Shown piece after piece: positions 8,845 through 18,955 of a DNA stretch of 64,000 nucleotides. Under the pieces are notes generated by a model. That model was not told the DNA's origin, did no database searches, and saw only the letters and a program-made list of their open reading frames with translations. Source of the DNA: an uncultured Christensenella sp. (lineage in GTDB: Bacteria > Bacillota > Clostridia > Christensenellales > CAG-917); contig CAJTQT010000002.1 in NCBI GenBank assembly GCA_910578325.1, forward strand, positions 10,498-74,497. The letters are read 5' to 3'. Position 1 is the stretch's first letter, and every line of letters starts with the position of its first letter. Made by a program: the position numbers and the translations under genes.

Positions 8845-10506
8845 ATGGAATTTATAAATAAGACGCTGGGACAGGTTTTAAACGATTTGGGCAGAGAAAT
8901 GCCCTACAGAGAGGCTGTGAAGTACAGCACGCGGGATTATCGCCGCACGTGGAAAGAATTCGACGAAGAAACGGACAGAGTCGCAAAAGCGTTTATGGCA
9001 TTAGGCGTTGAAAAGGGCGACAAAGTGGCTATATGGGCTACTAATATTCCGGAATGGCTGCTTACGCTGTTCGGCTCGGCAAAATGCGGCGCGGTGCTTG
9101 TGACTGTAAATACAAATTATAAGATTTTCGAACTTGAATATTTGCTTTCGCAGTCGGATACCAAAGTTCTGGTTATGATGGGCGGCTTTAAGGGGAACGA
9201 TTACGTCGGTATTGTAAACGCGCTTATTCCCCAAATCACCGAGGGGCGCGGCGGCGAAGTAAACACAGACAGACTTCCATTTCTCAAAAACATTGTCTTC
9301 GCGGGAGAGGGTACGCCCGACGGTATGCTCAATTTCGCCGATATGATGAAACTTGCGGACGGGATAAGCGACGCGCAGTTTGAAGAACGCAAGGCGTCGC
9401 TAAATCCGCACGACGTTATAAATATGCAGTATACGTCGGGGACGACGGGATTTCCTAAGGGGGTTATGCTTACGCATTATAATATCCTCAACAACGGAAA
9501 AACCATAGGCGACGGAATGGCGTTTACTCCCGATGACAGGCTTTGTATAGTTGTGCCGTTTTTCCACTGTTTCGGACTTGTGCTCGCGACTATGGCTTGC
9601 ATAACGCACGGCTCCGCAATGATTCCCGTAGAGGCATACAGTCCCGTTCCCGTAATGAACGCGATATCCTCCGAAAGATGCACCGCGGTGCACGGCGTGC
9701 CTACTATGTTTATAGCGATGCTCGAACATCCTGCGTTCGGACAGTTTGATTTTTCATCTATGCGTACAGGTATAATGGCAGGTTCGCCGTGTCCGATAGA
9801 GGTGATGAAAAAGGTAATAGACAAGATGAATATGAAAGACATAGTTATCGTATTCGGGCAGACGGAGGCGTCGCCGGGGTGTACGATGACTACTATCTCG
9901 GACAGCGTTGAGAAACGCGTATCTACGGTCGGCAGGGCGTTCGAAGGCGTGGAATGCAGAATAGTGAATCCCGATACGAACGAGGAAGTTCCCGACGGAA
10001 CTGCGGGAGAATTTGTCGCGCGCGGATATAACATTATGAAAGGATACTACAAAATGCCCGAGGCGACGGCTCAGGCTATCGATAGCGATGGTTGGCTGCA
10101 TTCGGGTGATCTATGTACCCGCGATAAGGACGGTTATTATAAGGTTGTAGGGCGCATTAAAGATATGATAATACGCGGGGGCGAGAATATTTACCCCAAA
10201 GAGATTGAAGAATTTCTTTATACCTGCGACAGGATAAGCGACGTTCAGGTCATAGGAGTGCCGAGCAAGCAATACGGCGAAGAGGTTATGGCGTGCATAG
10301 TTCTCAAGCAGGGTTGCTCTATGACCGAAGATGAGGTGAAGGAACTTGTCAAATCGCAGATGGCAAGGCATAAAGTGCCAAAATACGTGCGGTTTATGGA
10401 GAGTTTTCCTGTTACTGCGAGCGGTAAAATACAGAAATTCAAACTTAGAGAACAGGCGATAGAGATACTGAAACTGCAATCCGACGCGGATATCGAAACC
10501 GCATAA
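8845..10506 (+). CDS. AMP-binding acyl-CoA synthetase / fatty acid--CoA ligase
   Basis: AMP-binding signature YTSGTTGFPKGV, GEFVARGYNIMKGYY, WLHSGDL, and the C-terminal SGKIQK lysine motif. Confidence 0.85.
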   Translation: MEFINKTLGQVLNDLGREMPYREAVKYSTRDYRRTWKEFDEETDRVAKAFMALGVEKGDKVAIWATNIPEWLLTLFGSAKCGAVLVTVNTNYKIFELEYLLSQSDTKVLVMMGGFKGNDYVGIVNALIPQITEGRGGEVNTDRLPFLKNIVFAGEGTPDGMLNFADMMKLADGISDAQFEERKASLNPHDVINMQYTSGTTGFPKGVMLTHYNILNNGKTIGDGMAFTPDDRLCIVVPFFHCFGLVLATMACITHGSAMIPVEAYSPVPVMNAISSERCTAVHGVPTMFIAMLEHPAFGQFDFSSMRTGIMAGSPCPIEVMKKVIDKMNMKDIVIVFGQTEASPGCTMTTISDSVEKRVSTVGRAFEGVECRIVNPDTNEEVPDGTAGEFVARGYNIMKGYYKMPEATAQAIDSDGWLHSGDLCTRDKDGYYKVVGRIKDMIIRGGENIYPKEIEEFLYTCDRISDVQVIGVPSKQYGEEVMACIVLKQGCSMTEDEVKELVKSQMARHKVPKYVRFMESFPVTASGKIQKFKLREQAIEILKLQSDADIETA

Positions 10507-10517
10507 GAGAGGATATT

Positions 10518-11312
10518 ATGAAACTTTGCTTTTCAACGATAGGCTGTCCCGACTGGACGATGCGCGATATAGTTTCCGCCGCCAAAGATTTGGGTTACGA
10601 CGGAATCGAAGTGCGCTCGGTACGCGGAGAAGTGGACGCGACGAAAATGAAGGATTTTACCTGCGATTTCGATAAGACGGTGCAACTTTTTGAGCGGACG
10701 GGTGTGAAAATTGCGATGTTAAGCACAAATTGCGCGCTTGCAAATCACAACGACGAAGACGCTGTCGAAAGAGCGAAAGCCTACGTGGATTTGGCGGCAA
10801 AACTCGGCGTAGAGTTTATCCGCGTAATGTCTACCGACCGTCCATACTTCGACGGCGGCGATATCTCGCTGTGCAAAAAGAGGTATGCGCAGATTGTGGA
10901 ATATGCAAGAGGTAGCGGTGTAACTCCGCTTATGGAGACAAACGGACTGTTTCTCGATAGCAAAGTTCTCGCAGATTTCATTGACGAAGCAGGCGAGGGC
11001 GCAGGCGTATTATGGGATACGCACCACCCATATCGCTATAATGACGAAAGTATATCGGAAACTGTCAAAAACCTCGGAAGACGTATCAAGTACGTGCACC
11101 TGAAAGACAGCGCGGTGGAGAAGGGTAAAGTCGCATACAAAATGATGGGTTACGGCGATATTCCCGTCGCTGAAATCGTCAACACACTAAAAGATTCGGG
11201 CTATGACGGGTATTATACTTTCGAATGGGTCAAACTGTGGAATAAAGACCTTATTGAGGACGGCGGAATCGTATTTGCGCATTATGCCAACTTTATGCGC
11301 AGATTTTCATAA
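10518..11312 (+). CDS. Sugar phosphate isomerase/epimerase (xylose isomerase-like TIM barrel)
   Basis: 264 aa. N-terminus KLCFSTIGCPDWT..., GYDGIEVR, WDTHHP and FEW motifs typical of the AP_endonuc_2 fold family. Confidence 0.7.
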   Translation: MKLCFSTIGCPDWTMRDIVSAAKDLGYDGIEVRSVRGEVDATKMKDFTCDFDKTVQLFERTGVKIAMLSTNCALANHNDEDAVERAKAYVDLAAKLGVEFIRVMSTDRPYFDGGDISLCKKRYAQIVEYARGSGVTPLMETNGLFLDSKVLADFIDEAGEGAGVLWDTHHPYRYNDESISETVKNLGRRIKYVHLKDSAVEKGKVAYKMMGYGDIPVAEIVNTLKDSGYDGYYTFEWVKLWNKDLIEDGGIVFAHYANFMRRFS

Positions 11313-11339
11313 AATATAGAGTTTTGAATCACAGACTGG

Positions 11340-11378
11340 AACGCGCGTACGGCAGATTTTGCCGTGCGCGCGTTTTAA
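11340..11378. terminator. Bidirectional terminator between convergent genes
   Basis: 15-bp GC-rich stem AACGCGCGTACGGCA / TGCCGTGCGCGCGTT followed by TTTT. Confidence 0.8.
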
Positions 11379-11432
11379 AAAGGGAAATGATTTCCGCTCG
11401 CCGATAGTAGCCTGTTTTAAATCGGACAGGCT

Positions 11433-11921
11433 TTACAGATTTTTGGCTACAAAGTATTTATCGTTCATAATTCTGTTGTAAATGGGAGATATGTATTTGT
11501 CCTCTCCGTACTCGCGTCTGAACCAATCTTCAGTGTAACCGGCACGTCTGAGCGCGAAAGCATACGCCTCTTCCGCACAGGCGATTCTGCGAAATACCGT
11601 GCGTAATGAAATTTTCAGTTCATCGGCAATATTTTGATACGTTTTTTTATTTACTATGCGGTCTTCGAGTAAACGCCTGTCGGTATCGGATATCGCGTCG
11701 AGAGCCTGTTGTACGACAAAACGCAGATTTACGATTTTTCTTTTTTCCTCGGTTAAATCGAGAATTTCACCTATTAACTGTTCGGTGCCTATTCCGAGTT
11801 TCAGATGTCGGCTCTGAAAAGTGGAATTAATGCGTGTTTTTACACCAAAATTGAGTTCGTTTACAATTTTGGGTAAAAGGGAATAAGCAACAAGCGCCGT
11901 GTTGCCCCAATTTTTATTCAT
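11433..11921 (-). CDS. Sigma-70 region-4-type HTH protein (small sigma-like/ArpU-like regulator)
   Basis: ORF track 11433..11984. Start moved to ATG 11921, preceded by AGGAGG. The C-terminal half LLEDRIVNKKTYQNIADELKISLRTVFRRI resembles the sigma region 4 HTH. Confidence 0.45.
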   Translation of the reverse strand: MNKNWGNTALVAYSLLPKIVNELNFGVKTRINSTFQSRHLKLGIGTEQLIGEILDLTEEKRKIVNLRFVVQQALDAISDTDRRLLEDRIVNKKTYQNIADELKISLRTVFRRIACAEEAYAFALRRAGYTEDWFRREYGEDKYISPIYNRIMNDKYFVAKNL

Positions 11922-12045
11922 ATTTGCCTCCTGAAATTGTTGAAAACCAATTTCCGCTTTCACTATAAATATAAGATTTGTCAAAAGTCAATATATTATG
12001 TCAATAATTTCACTTTTTCACGCCGTTGAGTATTAAAGATGCTGA

Positions 12046-13077
12046 TTATAGGGCGAATGAAAGCGCAAAACCCAGTCCGAACGCGATTATGCTCTGAGTC
12101 AGTTTGCGCACTGCTATCTGAGTGAAAGTCATTCTGCATTTGGATAAAAAGGTAAAATTCTGTAAAGCGACGGAAAGCCCGCCGAGAGAGATAATTCCCG
12201 CGCAAAGCGCAATGCCTATATTCTTTTGGGTGCATTCGGCGCAAGCGATACTTCCGCGAGTCATTTCGATTATTCCGTTTATCAGCGCGACGACGGGCTG
12301 TCCCGCAGTTTCGCCCAGCGCGGAAATTATAAGAGCGTCTGCGTTGAACAGCGACAGAGTGTCAACCAGCATACCGCAAAGCACGATGTATCCGCCTACG
12401 AAAAGCATATTGAGCGTGGAGTTTGCTATTGTTCGCGACATCAGGCTGTCCTGATCCTCCGAAGACGATATGCGTATAGGGGGATATTTTTCAAAGTCGA
12501 GATCGATTTTTTTGTTTTTGGCGCGTGTGTTGTGTCTGACTCTGAAAATCAAGCCGTTGAGGAGCGCGGAAGCATAGTGCGCGGCAAGGATAACCGCGCC
12601 GACTCTTACGTCGTTGAATACCGCGCTTCCTACTGTTCCGAGTATGAATATCGGTCCCGACGTCGACGCAAATGCCGCCACCGCTTTCGCTTCTTTTTCC
12701 GTCAGCGCGCCGGCCTTGTAGAGTTCGGCAGTCATACTCGCGCCTACGGGATACCCCGAGAGCATACTGAGAAGAAGTATGTAAGAACTTTCTTTTGGCG
12801 TATTGTAAAGAAGCCGCACGGGCTTTTGAAATATTCCCGATACCACTTTTGCGGAACCGATATATGTCAGGAGCAGCGAAAAGAAGTAGAACGGAAACAG
12901 GGACGGAAGTACGCTTGTTGCGTAAAGAGACAGTCCGCGCCGTGCCGAATCGAGATAGTATCCCGGTTTTATCAGCATCATTATCATAAAAGCGGATATG
13001 GCTACGCACGCTACGATTTTTCCGAGCGGATAGTTGCGAAAAGAAAAGGTACGTTTTATGCGCGCGCTTTTTTCCAT
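12046..13077 (-). CDS. Integral membrane protein with nucleoside-recognition (Gate) domains, YlbJ-like
   Basis: 343-aa polytopic protein. Motifs LFPFYFFSLLL and SGYPVGA. It sits adjacent to the ylbM/tmcAL homolog, as in Bacillus. Confidence 0.55.
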   Translation of the reverse strand: MEKSARIKRTFSFRNYPLGKIVACVAISAFMIMMLIKPGYYLDSARRGLSLYATSVLPSLFPFYFFSLLLTYIGSAKVVSGIFQKPVRLLYNTPKESSYILLLSMLSGYPVGASMTAELYKAGALTEKEAKAVAAFASTSGPIFILGTVGSAVFNDVRVGAVILAAHYASALLNGLIFRVRHNTRAKNKKIDLDFEKYPPIRISSSEDQDSLMSRTIANSTLNMLFVGGYIVLCGMLVDTLSLFNADALIISALGETAGQPVVALINGIIEMTRGSIACAECTQKNIGIALCAGIISLGGLSVALQNFTFLSKCRMTFTQIAVRKLTQSIIAFGLGFALSFAL

Positions 13078-13119
13078 AGCAAAACTTATGAATTATGTTT
13101 GCGGATTATGAAAAAGCGT

Positions 13120-14220
13120 TCAGCGGCAAAGATTCTGAATTTTCGCCGCTTTCTCGTCAAGGTCGACGAGCGGACGCACGGGGCAGTCTTCGGGACAGTC
13201 CGAATGTTTGTAAAAGAAATATCCGTCGCTTGCGGCGAGAAGCGGGAGAAGAGTTTTCTTTTTGGAAGGTTTAACTGCGAGCAGGGTACAGTACGGCTTT
13301 TCCGATTTAGCGAGCGCCGCGAGGTTTTTATTAAGTCCGAGTGTGGCGCACGCGGCTATACGTTTTATTGTGGAGCGCGTATATCTTCGGCTGGTAAGCC
13401 CTAAAAAGCCGCTCATGTCCGTAAAATCCGCTTGCGAGATACGGTTTTCCATACCTTCGCCGATATTGTGTATCTCTGCGAGTTGGGCGGCGGTCATCGC
13501 TTTCATTGCGTAGGTGGAAATAATTCCGTATTTTTCTGTCGAAGCGGCGGCTTCCGATTCTTCGTAAACGTATTGAGGCACGAACGGGCTGATATCTCTT
13601 CCTTCTCGCATAAGTTCGCGTATTTTTGTGGACGACAGATACTTTTTGCCGTCGTCGGGTTTGCGTTCAACGGAATGAAATCCTATTTTCCCGCCGTATG
13701 CCGCCGCGGCTTTGATGTATTCCACGGCGAGAATATTGTTTGGAGAATTTAGCATATTCGCGATGTCGGGACGTATGTTTTCAAGTGCCAACGTTCGCGA
13801 TTTGGCAACGGAATATCCCTGTCCGAGATACCCTTTCAGCAGGTCGGACATATCTCTTGATTCGCTGCGCATAAATTCGGCAGCCATATTCAAATCCTGT
13901 AGTTCGTCGCTTTCGGTGCCGAAGGAAAGAGTGAATTCTCCCAGCATACTCAAAGTTTTCAATGCTCCCTCGGCAAATCCCTGCGCGTGCGAGAGGGAAT
14001 ATACCGCAGGCATTTCCAACACGATATCCGCTCCCGCTTGCAACGCCCATTTGGCGCGGGTGTATCTGTCGTAAACGCATACGTCGCCGTGCTGGGTGAA
14101 TGAACCGCTCATAAGCACTGCAAGCGCGTCGGGCTGAGTTTCCCGTTTTGCGATTCGCAGATGTTTCAGGTGCCCGTTGTGAAAAGGATTATATTCCGCG
14201 ATAACTGCCGTAATTTTCAA
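13120..14220 (-). CDS. tmcAL: tRNA(Met) cytidine acetate ligase (YlbM/TmcAL family nucleotidyltransferase)
   Basis: N-terminus MKITAVIAEYNPFHNGHLKHL (HxGH nucleotidyltransferase motif), MSGSFTQHGD. 366 aa. Confidence 0.8.
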   Translation of the reverse strand: MKITAVIAEYNPFHNGHLKHLRIAKRETQPDALAVLMSGSFTQHGDVCVYDRYTRAKWALQAGADIVLEMPAVYSLSHAQGFAEGALKTLSMLGEFTLSFGTESDELQDLNMAAEFMRSESRDMSDLLKGYLGQGYSVAKSRTLALENIRPDIANMLNSPNNILAVEYIKAAAAYGGKIGFHSVERKPDDGKKYLSSTKIRELMREGRDISPFVPQYVYEESEAAASTEKYGIISTYAMKAMTAAQLAEIHNIGEGMENRISQADFTDMSGFLGLTSRRYTRSTIKRIAACATLGLNKNLAALAKSEKPYCTLLAVKPSKKKTLLPLLAASDGYFFYKHSDCPEDCPVRPLVDLDEKAAKIQNLCR

Positions 14221-14327
14221 AATGCTTCCTCATTTTGTTGATTTTTATGTATAAAGCAACTATAATTATATACGAATTTTAACGATTTGCAATCAATTTA
14301 TTCATTGCATCGTAACAGGAGCGTATT

Positions 14328-15329
14328 ATGACGGCATTTGTGGAAGAATTGATGTCAAGAGCAGGCAAACTGGGCAAGACGATAGCGCTTGCCGAAGGGT
14401 TCGATATAAGGGCGGCAAAGGCTGCCGAGATGCTTACCAAGCAAGGCGTATGCAAGGTCGTTCTCATCGGGGACGAACAGGAAATAAAGTCGCAATTCAC
14501 AGACGTGGATTTTACGGGCGTGGTTTTCGACAATCCCCGTACAAGCGCGCATACCGAGGAATATGCCGATACGCTTTACGAACTCCGCAAGGCAAAGGGT
14601 ATGACACGCGAGCAGGCTCTTGAAACCGTAAAGACGAACAATATGTTCTATGCGTGCGTTGCGCTTAAACGCGGAGACGTGGACGGTGTTGTCGGCGGCG
14701 CGGTATTCAGTTCCGCCGACGTTTCGAGAGCCGCGTTTCAGGTTATAAAGGCGGCGCCGGGAATAAGTTCGGTTTCAAGTTGTTTCATTATGGTTCCTCC
14801 CGAAAATTTCAAGTATAAAAAGTATCCCGCGTACATATTCTCGGATTGCGCGGTCATACCGTATCCTACCGACGCTCAACTCAAAGATATCGTCGTGTCG
14901 GCTGCGGACAGCGCAAAGAAGATTTGTCATATAGAGCCGAAAGTTGCGATGCTGTCATTCTCTACCAAAGGCAGCGCGAATCACGAAGCGGTGAGCAAAG
15001 TACGGTCCGCTTATGAAATGGTAAAAGCGGAGCATCCCGAGATTTGCGTCGACGGCGAACTGCAACTCGACGCGTCTATAGTGGACAGCGTTGCAAAGCA
15101 GAAAGCGGGGGACAGCCCTGTTGCGGGACAGGCGAACGTGCTTGTATTCCCGAATCTTGATGCGGGAAACATCGGCTACAAACTCGCGCAAAGGTTCGGA
15201 GGATGTATGGCGATAGGTCCCATTATGCAGGGGCTGGCTTTGCCCGTTAACGACCTCAGCCGCGGTTGCGTTGCGGAGGATATTGCCGCAGTCGCCGCTA
15301 TAACCGCGCTTCAATCTGTAAAAGAATAA
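14328..15329 (+). CDS. pta: Phosphate acetyltransferase
   Basis: 333-aa short-form Pta. Motifs GDVDGVVGGAV and NVLVFPNLDAGNIGYK. Located directly upstream of ackA. Confidence 0.9.
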   Translation: MTAFVEELMSRAGKLGKTIALAEGFDIRAAKAAEMLTKQGVCKVVLIGDEQEIKSQFTDVDFTGVVFDNPRTSAHTEEYADTLYELRKAKGMTREQALETVKTNNMFYACVALKRGDVDGVVGGAVFSSADVSRAAFQVIKAAPGISSVSSCFIMVPPENFKYKKYPAYIFSDCAVIPYPTDAQLKDIVVSAADSAKKICHIEPKVAMLSFSTKGSANHEAVSKVRSAYEMVKAEHPEICVDGELQLDASIVDSVAKQKAGDSPVAGQANVLVFPNLDAGNIGYKLAQRFGGCMAIGPIMQGLALPVNDLSRGCVAEDIAAVAAITALQSVKE

Positions 15330-15363
15330 TTCTAACCGTATATTTTGCGGCCTCGGAGGTAAT

Positions 15364-16557
15364 ATGAAGATACTTGTTATAAACGCAGGAAGTTCGTCGC
15401 TCAAATACCAACTTATAGATATGCAGACGGAAAAAGCACTTCTAAAAGGCGTATGCGAACGCATAGGTATGGAAGGCGGTACGCTTACGCAGAAGAACGG
15501 CGGCGGAAAGGAACTGGTAATTTCTCAGGATATGAAAGACCATACCGCGTCTATCGAATTAGTTCTCAAAGCAATGGTCGATCGGGACTACGGCGCAATT
15601 ATATCTACTGCCGAAATTTCCGCGGTAGGTCACCGCGTTCTTCACAGCGGCGAAGATTTCAAGTCGTCCGTGCTCATCGACGAGGACGTTATCCGTATCT
15701 GCGAAAAGAATGCCGAACTCGGACCTCTTCATATGCCCGGCAACATCGCGTGCATAAAGAGTTGCCGCGAAGTTATGCCCGAAGTGCCTATGGTTGCGGT
15801 GTTCGATACCACTTTCCATAGCACTATGCCTCCTAAGGCGTTTATGTACGGAATTCCGTATGCCGTGTATAAGGAACATAAGGTGAGAAAGTACGGCTTC
15901 CACGGCACTTCCCATAAGTTCGTCAGCGAAGAAACGGTTAAGTTGTTGGGCAAAAAAGACAGCAGAATTATCGTTTGTCATCTCGGAAACGGTTCGTCGA
16001 TATCCGCGGTCAAAGACGGAAAATGCGTCGATACGTCAATGGGATTCACGCCTCTGGAAGGACTTGTTATGGGTACGCGCAGCGGAGATATAGACCCTGC
16101 GGCAGTTGAGTTTATGCGTAAGAAACTCGGTCTTAGCGCCGAAGATATGGTGCAGTATCTCAATAAAAAATGCGGAATGAAAGGCGTAAGCGGACTCGAT
16201 TCAGATATGCGCTATCTTGAAAAGGCCATACACGAGGGCGATGAGAAAGCAAAACTTGCCGTTGACGTAGCCGCTTACCGTATAAAAAAATACATCGGCT
16301 CTTACGCGGCGGTGCTCGGCGGCGTTGACGCGATAGTGTTTACCGGCGGAATCGGAGAGCATAGCGGTTATATGCGCAATCTGGTTATGACGGATATGGA
16401 GTATCTCGGCGTTGACTTCGATTTTGAAAAGAGCGATACGAGACTTCCCGACGGAGTTGTGGAACTGTCCAAACCTGACAGCAAAGTTAAAGTATACGTT
16501 CTGCCTACAAACGAGGAACTTTCTATTGCAAGAGAGACAAAAGCAATTGCGCTCTGA
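15364..16557 (+). CDS. ackA: Acetate kinase
   Basis: MKILVINAGSSSLKYQL, VGHRVLHSG, GFHGTSH, FTGGIGE. Confidence 0.95.
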   Translation: MKILVINAGSSSLKYQLIDMQTEKALLKGVCERIGMEGGTLTQKNGGGKELVISQDMKDHTASIELVLKAMVDRDYGAIISTAEISAVGHRVLHSGEDFKSSVLIDEDVIRICEKNAELGPLHMPGNIACIKSCREVMPEVPMVAVFDTTFHSTMPPKAFMYGIPYAVYKEHKVRKYGFHGTSHKFVSEETVKLLGKKDSRIIVCHLGNGSSISAVKDGKCVDTSMGFTPLEGLVMGTRSGDIDPAAVEFMRKKLGLSAEDMVQYLNKKCGMKGVSGLDSDMRYLEKAIHEGDEKAKLAVDVAAYRIKKYIGSYAAVLGGVDAIVFTGGIGEHSGYMRNLVMTDMEYLGVDFDFEKSDTRLPDGVVELSKPDSKVKVYVLPTNEELSIARETKAIAL

Positions 16558-16628
16558 GGCGGAAATCGCCGATAATATGCGGCAAAATAAAAAAATCAAG
16601 TCAAAAATCCGCAATCTTGAAAAAGCGT

Positions 16629-16657
16629 TTGACAAGACAGTGTTTATTTAATATACT
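16629..16657 (+). promoter_or_regulatory. rpmF promoter
   Basis: TTGACA (16629-16634) - 17 nt - TATACT (16652-16657). Confidence 0.6.
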
Positions 16658-16707
16658 AAATAGGCTGTTTAATGCGTAAAGATGAATAATGTCGGAGGAA
16701 GGAATAT

Positions 16708-16890
16708 ATGGCAGTACCTAAAAATAAAATATCTAAATCCAAAACGAATTCACGTTTTGCAAACTGGAAACTCAAAACTCCCGGTCTTACCGAGTGCCCG
16801 CAGTGCCACGAGTTGAAAAAGAATCATCACGTCTGCCCGAAATGCGGTTACTATGACGGTGAGCAAATCGTCAAAAAGGAAGAGAACTAA
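16708..16890 (+). CDS. rpmF: 50S ribosomal protein L32
   Basis: MAVPKNKISKSKTNSR... with a CPQC...CPKC zinc ribbon. Confidence 0.95.
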   Translation: MAVPKNKISKSKTNSRFANWKLKTPGLTECPQCHELKKNHHVCPKCGYYDGEQIVKKEEN

Positions 16891-17004
16891 TTTTGACTTA
16901 AACTTAAAAAGAGTGTTATTTTGACACTCTTTTTTCATATTACGCGGTATGTCGGCTCTCGAGCGCGAAGACGACACCCGCGTCCGAATCGAGAGGTACG
17001 GAAA

Positions 17005-18048
17005 ATGAAAATAGTTGTTGACGCTATGGGCGGTGATAATGCGCCCCTCGAAATCGTTGCGGGTGCGGCGGACGCTCTTGCGCTTGATAAAGACGTAAAA
17101 GTTGTGCTTGTAGGAAGAGAGTCGGAAATACGATCTGCTTTGGGCGAGCGCGAATACGATAATAAAATACTTGAAATAATAGACGCGTGCGACGTTATTT
17201 CAAATGACGAGAGCCCGACTATGGCTATAAAAACCAAAAGGGAGAGTTCGCTTGTAAAGTCGTTTGAAAAACTTATGCAGGACGACGAATGCGGAGGCTT
17301 TGTGTCCGCAGGGTCGACAGGCGCGGTGCTTGTCGGCGCGTTTATGAAAGTCGGCAGGATCAAGGGCGTATCGCGTCCCGCGCTTGCGCCGGTGCTTCCA
17401 ACGCTTGAAGGAAACGGCGTGGTGTTGTGCGACTGCGGCGCGAACGTGGACTCTAAGCCCGTCAATCTTTTGCACTATGCAATTATGGCTTCCACCTATG
17501 CCAAAGCGATGCTCGGCGTGGAAAATCCGCGCGTCGGTCTTCTCAATAACGGAGTCGAAGCGCATAAAGGAAACGAACTGAGCAGGCAGGCATACGATTT
17601 GTTGTCGGCAAACGACGACATAAACTTTGTAGGAAACTGCGAATCGCGCGATTTGCTTACGGGTAACTTCGATGTGGTCGTATCCGACGGTTTTGATGGG
17701 AATATCGCGCTCAAAATGGCGGAAGGCACGGCGAGCCTTATGCTCAAACTGATAAAACGCGGAGTATATTCGGGCGGATTGAAATCTAAAATCGGCGCGC
17801 TTATGCTCAAACCCGTTTTTAAAGAAGTGCAGAAAACTCTTGATTACAATGCGCAGGGAGGCGCGTGTTTCCTTGGCGTGAAAAAAGTGGTGGTAAAAGC
17901 GCACGGAGCGTCCTCCCGCGGAGCAATCAGCGCGAGTATTTTGCAGGCTAAAGGACTTGCGCTTAAAAATATCTGCGAAACAATTGCGGACGGTATTGTC
18001 AAATCCAACGCTATGTCGCAGCAAAACGCCGCAAGTAGCGAAGAATAA
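17005..18048 (+). CDS. plsX: Phosphate acyltransferase PlsX
   Basis: ORF track 16921..18048. Start moved to MKIVVDAMGGDNAP (ATG 17005), the conserved PlsX N-terminus. Confidence 0.9.
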   Translation: MKIVVDAMGGDNAPLEIVAGAADALALDKDVKVVLVGRESEIRSALGEREYDNKILEIIDACDVISNDESPTMAIKTKRESSLVKSFEKLMQDDECGGFVSAGSTGAVLVGAFMKVGRIKGVSRPALAPVLPTLEGNGVVLCDCGANVDSKPVNLLHYAIMASTYAKAMLGVENPRVGLLNNGVEAHKGNELSRQAYDLLSANDDINFVGNCESRDLLTGNFDVVVSDGFDGNIALKMAEGTASLMLKLIKRGVYSGGLKSKIGALMLKPVFKEVQKTLDYNAQGGACFLGVKKVVVKAHGASSRGAISASILQAKGLALKNICETIADGIVKSNAMSQQNAASSEE

Positions 18049-18073
18049 GCGCGAGGTTGGGCATAATAACGAT

Positions 18074-18757
18074 ATGAACAGTAAATGTATTGCCGCAATC
18101 GAAAATACGATCGGTTATGTTTTTAGGGATAAATCTATTCTTATCCGTGCGTTTACTCACAGTTCCGCGAGCAAAGTCGCCACCGAAAACTATGAGTCGC
18201 TGGAACTCCTCGGAGACAGTATTCTCGACTTCATTGTTGCAAAGCGTCTTATGATAGAAAATCCGAATGCGCACGAAGGCGCGCTCACTCAGCGCAGGTC
18301 GGAAATAGTTTCACAGGAGCCGCTCGAAAGGGCGATGGAGACGCTCGGACTTGCGAGGTATCTGGTTGTAGGCAAAGGCGAAAAACTGGAAAGTATCATA
18401 CGGCATACGAAAGTTGCGTCAAATCTGTTCGAAGCGATTGTCGGCGCGATATATATGGATAGCGGAAGCGTTGACAGGGCGGAAGAATTTATCTGCACCG
18501 CCTTGAAGCCGTACTTTGACGGCAGTGTAAAACACGAAGAAGAGCGCGATTTCAAGACAGAACTCAACGAGTTTGCCACAAGGCATAAACTTAGCGTACA
18601 GTACGTGACAGTGGAAACCAACGGCGCGCCGCACGAACCTACGTTTGTTATCGACGTGTTGATAGACGGTGTTTGCGCAGGCAGAGGAAAAGGAAAAAAT
18701 AAAAAGAGCGCGCAGCAGCAGGCAGCGGGCGTAGCGCTTGAACATATTGCGGATTGA
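18074..18757 (+). CDS. rnc: Ribonuclease III
   Basis: ORF track 17957..18757. Start moved to ATG 18074 to avoid overlap with plsX. RNase III signature ESLELLGDSILDF and a C-terminal dsRBD. Confidence 0.9.
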   Translation: MNSKCIAAIENTIGYVFRDKSILIRAFTHSSASKVATENYESLELLGDSILDFIVAKRLMIENPNAHEGALTQRRSEIVSQEPLERAMETLGLARYLVVGKGEKLESIIRHTKVASNLFEAIVGAIYMDSGSVDRAEEFICTALKPYFDGSVKHEEERDFKTELNEFATRHKLSVQYVTVETNGAPHEPTFVIDVLIDGVCAGRGKGKNKKSAQQQAAGVALEHIAD

Positions 18758-18955
18758 ATCAAAACTTGATTTGCGCGTCCCTGAAAGGGCGCGCAATTTT
18801 AACAGATAGTATTTTGGTTGTTTTTAGTTATTCTAAACGTATTAATTTAATATAGTTAATCATTTTATCGTTGATTTTGCATTTAAATTCCGGTGATGCG
18901 TCCGCTTTTAAATGAGTGATTTTCACTTGATAAGATTGAAAATATATGGTAAAAT